From contig CAWIIV010000007.1 in assembly GCA_963836205.1 (NCBI GenBank), positions 64,001-128,000 on the forward strand: 64,000 bases of DNA, given 5' to 3'. The position numbers and the translations under genes were made by a program. How positions within the stretch are numbered: the stretch's first letter is position 1; every line of letters begins with the position of its first letter. This DNA comes from an uncultured Acidimicrobiia bacterium (GTDB lineage: Bacteria; Actinomycetota; Acidimicrobiia; Acidimicrobiales; AC-14). This document shows positions 59,851-64,000 of the stretch, piece after piece. A model generated the notes under the pieces. The model saw only the letters and a program-made list of their open reading frames with translations, made no database searches and had not been told where the DNA came from.

Positions 59851-60489
59851 TCAGTCGGGGTGGCCGGCGTAGAGGGCGGTGAGGGCGTCGAGGTCGTGCT
59901 GGTCGTACCAGTGGAGCTGGCCGTCGAAGTTGGCGTTGGCGTGCATCGTCGCGCCCGGCTCGGGCCGGTGGGAGAGGCCGAAGACGTGGCCCATCTCGTG
60001 GGTGACGACGGTGAAGAGCTGTCCGTAGTTGAGGGTCCCAGGGCGGATGACGACGTAGGGGGTCGTGATGTGGGCGCCGGTCCATTGCAGGCCGGTGACG
60101 CCGGTGGTGCCGGGGTCGCCGACGCAGACGGTGGTGAACGAGTAGCCCGGCCATCCGAAGTTCTTGCAGGCCCCGATGTTGGCGTCGTCCTGGACGTACA
60201 TCACCGACGGGGCGCTGCGCACGTTGAGGTTGCGCTGGCCGTTCCACGACTGCACCCACTGCTGGAGCGCCTTGTGCATCGCCGCGTTGCCGGTGCGGTC
60301 GAACAGCCAGAACGACCGCTCGGTCGACACGACTGTGTTGTTCCACCGGTAACGTCCCCAATGGACGCCGCCGTTCTTGGTCTGGTGGTCGGCAGAGGCA
60401 GTGCCCGTCGTCAGACACGCGACGATCGCAATCGCCGCGACCAACATCGTCGCCCGCCCGCCCCCTCTCATCTGTCGGCTCCGGATCAT
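59851..60489 (-). CDS. secreted matrixin-like (metzincin) zinc metalloprotease
   Basis: Signal peptide ending ASA; HEMGHVFGLSH and Met-turn ATMH; start may be a few codons later. Confidence 0.85.
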   Translation of the reverse strand: MIRSRQMRGGGRATMLVAAIAIVACLTTGTASADHQTKNGGVHWGRYRWNNTVVSTERSFWLFDRTGNAAMHKALQQWVQSWNGQRNLNVRSAPSVMYVQDDANIGACKNFGWPGYSFTTVCVGDPGTTGVTGLQWTGAHITTPYVVIRPGTLNYGQLFTVVTHEMGHVFGLSHRPEPGATMHANANFDGQLHWYDQHDLDALTALYAGHPD

Positions 60490-60725
60490 GGTTTAGGTGG
60501 TCGACCGTCAACCGGAGAAGGTTGAGCCTTTTATGATGAGTCATCCTCATCATCGCGGGACCTCCTTAACGATCGGCGTAGCGCGTTTGCACCGGAGCGC
60601 CGTCCGTGCCCCCGACTCGGCAAACTCTCGGCGGGGGGGCCGCCACCGGACCGCAGAGGTTCATCGTCGGGAAACACAGCCGCAATACGGGCGCCGTACG
60701 TTCAGCCGGCAATGGAGTCGAACCC

Positions 60726-61226
60726 GTGGACGTGACGCTCCTGCGCTGGCCCGACGAGGACGCCCGCCGGGCTCGGCTCAGCGTGGCGGGCGATCCCCGG
60801 CTGCTGCTGGTGGAAGACGGCCAGGACCCTCCACCGATCTGCGACTGCCTGGAGGACTGGATCCGCGTGCCGGCCGCCGAGGGCGACGTCCGGGCCCGGG
60901 TCGACGCCCTCACCCTCCGCAGCCAGGCCCATCGCCACGACGCACCCGGCCTCGACCTGCACGGTGTCCTGCGCTTCGGCGGACGGTGGGTGGCGCTGCC
61001 GCCGCTGGAGGCCCGTCTCACCGACGCCCTCGTCGCCCGCTTCGGCGCCGTCGCCAGCCGGGAGGCCCTCGTCCGCGCCGGGTGGCCGGAAGGGGCTCCC
61101 GGTCGCAACGCGCTCGACGTCCACGTCCTGCGCCTGCGCCGGCGGCTGTGGCCGCTGGGCCTGGCCATCCGCACCGTCCGGTCCCGCGGCTACCTCTTGG
61201 AGACGGCGCCGATCGAGGAGGCATGA
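60726..61226 (+). CDS. OmpR-type winged-helix DNA-binding protein with degenerate receiver-like N-terminus
   Basis: LEDWIRVP...; LPPLEARL...SREAL...W...NALDVHVLRLRRRL...IRTVRSRGY. Confidence 0.8.
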   Translation: MDVTLLRWPDEDARRARLSVAGDPRLLLVEDGQDPPPICDCLEDWIRVPAAEGDVRARVDALTLRSQAHRHDAPGLDLHGVLRFGGRWVALPPLEARLTDALVARFGAVASREALVRAGWPEGAPGRNALDVHVLRLRRRLWPLGLAIRTVRSRGYLLETAPIEEA

Positions 61227-61360
61227 CGGTGGCCCACCCGGGGGTGGTGTTCGCACGGAGGAGTCGGTGGACCCCAGCCCCGCCGGCTCCTCCGGCGACA
61301 TTCGGTCCGTCTCCGACCTGCGCCTTCTCTAGGCTGACTCCTTGTCTCTAGGCTGACATC

Positions 61361-62560
61361 GTGATCCTCGACATCGCCGCCCTCGTCCAACCCGCACCCG
61401 GCAAGATCGTGCTGGTGGTGCTCGACGGCCTGGCCGGCTTCGCCGGTCCCGACCGGGGCACCGAGTTGGAGGAGGCCCACACCCCCAACCTCGACGCCCT
61501 GGCCGCCGCCGGCAGCATCGGCCTGCACGACCCGGTGGGGGCCGGGATCACCCCCGGTTCGGGGCCGGCCCACATGGCCCTGTTCGGCTACGACCCGGTG
61601 GAGTTCCAGCTCGGGCGGGGTGCGCTGTCGGCCGCCGGCCTCGAGGTCGAGATCAGGCCGGGCGACGTGGCCGCACGGGGCAACCTGGCCACCCTCGACG
61701 CCGAGGGCCGCATCACCGACCGCCGGGCGGGACGGCTCCCCGACGACGAGGCGGCCGAGGTGGTGGCCCGGCTCCGGGCCGCCATCTCCATCCCCGGAGT
61801 CGAGGTCACCCTGGCCCACGAGGCCCAGCACCGGGTGCTGGTCGTGTTCCGGGGCGAGAATCTGAGCCCGCTGCTGGCCGACACCGACCCTCAGAAGGTA
61901 GGCGTCCCGCCCGCCGCCCCCCTCCCCGACATGCCCGTCGCCGACCACATGGCCGAGGTGGTGGCCGAGTTCGACCGCCAGGCCCGGGCCGTCCTCGCCG
62001 ACCATCCCCGCGCCAACGTCGTCCTCCTGCGGGGCTGGGACTCCCACCGGGAGCTGCCCTCGATGTACGAGCGTTACGGCGTGCGCTCGGCGGCCATCGC
62101 CGTCTACCCCATGTACCGGGGCGTCGGCAGCCTGGTGGGGATGGACGTGCTCCCCCGGCCGGCCAACCTCGACGAGGAGCTGGCCCTCCTGCGCAAGTAC
62201 TGGGACGACTACGACTACTTCTTCTTCCACCACAAGTCACCCGACTCGGCGGGGGAGGACGGCAACTTCGAGGCCAAGGTGGCGGCCATCGAGGCCCTCG
62301 ACGCGGCCATCCCCGAGGTGGCGGCCATGGGCCCCGACGTGCTCATCGTCACCGGCGACCACTCCACGCCCAGCCAGATGGCGGCCCACTCGTGGCACCC
62401 GGTGCCGGTGCTGATGTGGGGCCCGCGGATCGGCCGCGACGACCAGACCCGCTTCGGCGAGCGCTGGTGCCTCCACGGCGCCCTCGGCCGCCGCCCCGGA
62501 CAGCAGCTCATGCCGATGGCCCTCGGCGCCAGCGGCCGCCTGGCCAAGTTCGGGGCCTAG
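61361..62560 (+). CDS. apgM: 2,3-bisphosphoglycerate-independent phosphoglycerate mutase (ApgM type)
   Basis: VLDGL, TPNLD, PGSGPAHMALFGYDP, RGALSAAG, PDSAGEDG, TGDHSTP, HSWHPVP. Confidence 0.92.
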   Translation: MILDIAALVQPAPGKIVLVVLDGLAGFAGPDRGTELEEAHTPNLDALAAAGSIGLHDPVGAGITPGSGPAHMALFGYDPVEFQLGRGALSAAGLEVEIRPGDVAARGNLATLDAEGRITDRRAGRLPDDEAAEVVARLRAAISIPGVEVTLAHEAQHRVLVVFRGENLSPLLADTDPQKVGVPPAAPLPDMPVADHMAEVVAEFDRQARAVLADHPRANVVLLRGWDSHRELPSMYERYGVRSAAIAVYPMYRGVGSLVGMDVLPRPANLDEELALLRKYWDDYDYFFFHHKSPDSAGEDGNFEAKVAAIEALDAAIPEVAAMGPDVLIVTGDHSTPSQMAAHSWHPVPVLMWGPRIGRDDQTRFGERWCLHGALGRRPGQQLMPMALGASGRLAKFGA

Positions 62561-63375
62561 CCGGTCGTCCGCCCGGGGTCCGCCGGGGGGTTGAGGTTGC
62601 CGCTGCGGAAGCCCTCCAGGTCGACCGTCACCCGTTGGTAGCCGGCTGCTCTCACCGCTTCGACGACCTCCAGCCGGCGGTCGATCGCCGACGGTAGGTC
62701 GGCCGCCTCGAACTCCAGGCGGGCGACGTCGCCGTAGTGGCGGACTCTCACCTGGCGGAAGCCGAGGTGGTGGAGGGCGGCCTCGGCGCTACCCACCCGG
62801 TCGAGGACGCCCACGGTGACGGGGGTGCCGTAGGGGACCCGGGACGCCAGGCAGGCGGCGGCGGGCTTGTCCCAGGTGCGCAGCCCGAGCGCACGGGACG
62901 CCTCCCGGACCGCGGCCTTGGTGAAGCCGGCGTCGACGAGGGGGAAGGCCGCGCCCCGCTCGGCGGCCGCAGCCTGGCCGGGGCGGTGGTCGTGGAGGTC
63001 GTCGAGGTTGGTGCCGAGGACGATGGTGGCGGACTCGGCCGTCGCCCGCGGGGCGAGGGCGTCCATCAGCTCCGCCTTGCAGTGGGCGCAGCGGTCGGTG
63101 TCGTTGGCCACGTAGGCCGGACGGTCGAGCTCGTTGGTGTCGACGACCGACCATCGCAGGCCCCACTCCGCGGCCAGGGCGGCACAGTCGGCGGCCTCCT
63201 CGCCGGCCAGCGATGCCGACACCGCGGTGACCGCCGAGGCCCCCGACGGCCCCAGCGTGTCGTGGGCCATCCAGGCCAGGAAGGCGGAATCGGCCCCGCC
63301 GCTGAAGGCGACGACCACCCGCTCGAGCTCCCGCAACCTCCGCCGCAGAGCATCGAGCAGGACGGTCTCGGCCAC
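62557..63375 (-). CDS. larE: ATP-dependent sacrificial sulfur transferase LarE family
   Basis: AFSGGADS PP-loop, DRCAHCK, GTNLDDLHDHRPG, WDKPAAACLASRVPYG, RVRH, DLEGFRSG. Confidence 0.92.
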   Translation of the reverse strand: MAETVLLDALRRRLRELERVVVAFSGGADSAFLAWMAHDTLGPSGASAVTAVSASLAGEEAADCAALAAEWGLRWSVVDTNELDRPAYVANDTDRCAHCKAELMDALAPRATAESATIVLGTNLDDLHDHRPGQAAAAERGAAFPLVDAGFTKAAVREASRALGLRTWDKPAAACLASRVPYGTPVTVGVLDRVGSAEAALHHLGFRQVRVRHYGDVARLEFEAADLPSAIDRRLEVVEAVRAAGYQRVTVDLEGFRSGNLNPPADPGRTTG

Positions 63376-63428
63376 CGGACAGACGTTACCGCTACTGTTC
63401 GTCGGTCGAGCCCGGCAAGGAGGTCCCA

Positions 63429-64000
63429 ATGGTCGTGACGAAGCGACGGTCCTGGCGAACGCTCACCCTGGCGATGGTGGCGGTATTGGCCCTGGCTGCG
63501 TGTGGCAGCGATGCCGAGGAAAGCGGAGGCGACGATCGGAAAGTCGCCAAGATCGGCGTGATCGTTCCCTTGTTGGCCGGTTCGACCTCGTTCGGCATCG
63601 GCATCCGCAACTCGGTCGACCTGGCCATCCGCCAGGCCAACGACGCCGACAAGATCCCCGGCTGGCGCCTCGAGCTGGCCGCCGAGGACGACAGCAGCAA
63701 GCCCGACGTCGGCAGCCGGGCGGCCAGCAAGCTGGCGTCCGACGGCGCCGTGGTCGGCGTGGTCGGCACGTTCAACTCGTCGGTGGCCCAGCAGACGAAG
63801 CCGATCCTCGACGGCGCCAGCATCGTCCAGGTGTCGCCCGGCAACACCAACGACACCCTGACCCGGGGCGAGAACTTCGCCACGGCGCCGGTCCGGCCCA
63901 ACAAGAACTACTTCCGGACGTCCACCGTCGACTCCCTCCAGGGCGGCTTCGCGGCCGACTACGCCTACAAGGACGCGGGCAAGCGGACGGTGGTGATCGT
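63429..64000 (+). CDS. branched-chain amino acid ABC substrate-binding lipoprotein (runs off the window)
   Basis: AGGAGG RBS, lipobox LAAC, KIGVIVPL, EDD, VVGTFNSSV, VSPGNT, NYFRT. Confidence 0.88.
   Translation, partial: MVVTKRRSWRTLTLAMVAVLALAACGSDAEESGGDDRKVAKIGVIVPLLAGSTSFGIGIRNSVDLAIRQANDADKIPGWRLELAAEDDSSKPDVGSRAASKLASDGAVVGVVGTFNSSVAQQTKPILDGASIVQVSPGNTNDTLTRGENFATAPVRPNKNYFRTSTVDSLQGGFAADYAYKDAGKRTVVI

Noticed and set aside
1-64000. CRISPR array, rRNA or prophage structural genes
   Set aside because: No regularly spaced repeats, rRNA-like tract or virion genes seen

Overview
A high-GC actinobacterial window; gene content and style suggest Acidimicrobiia (inference). 1-2.1 kb is a decayed iron-siderophore ABC cluster. 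2.2-6.6 kb is a copper-uptake-type operon (His-terminal exported protein, CopC-CopD fusion, lipoprotein). It is led by a His-containing membrane uORF ending in RGPP whose 3' end pairs with the Shine-Dalgarno of the next gene, a candidate metal-responsive ribosome-arrest switch. 6.9-26 kb is core-like: flippase-like protein, ArsR, SARP/AfsR-type regulator, hutHUIG, glpX, FAD oxidoreductase, ligase-less LigD and an F420 LLM oxidoreductase. 26-31.5 kb holds a sulfatase, a Panacea/GNAT pair and a decaying cysTWA. 31.8-45 kb is a single-module highly reducing PKS cluster (KS-AT-DH-MT-ER-KR-ACP, stand-alone thioester reductase, HxxxDG acyltransferase, DrrAB-type exporter). 45.4-59.8 kb is a ~14 kb integrative island at tRNA-Gly(CCC), with a 47-bp att duplication and arm repeats. 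The island carries a RosmerTA-like pair, an unrecognised two-gene wHTH-like + PD-(D/E)xK unit, a relaxase remnant, a tyrosine integrase, an AlbA_2/Schlafen protein, a putative rolling-circle-type transposon with TAG borders, and an ISL3 inside a dead DUF433/DUF5615 pair. 59.8-64 kb has a secreted metzincin, a wHTH protein, apgM, larE and a branched-chain amino acid ABC binding protein. All family calls are by eye from motifs; no searches were run.
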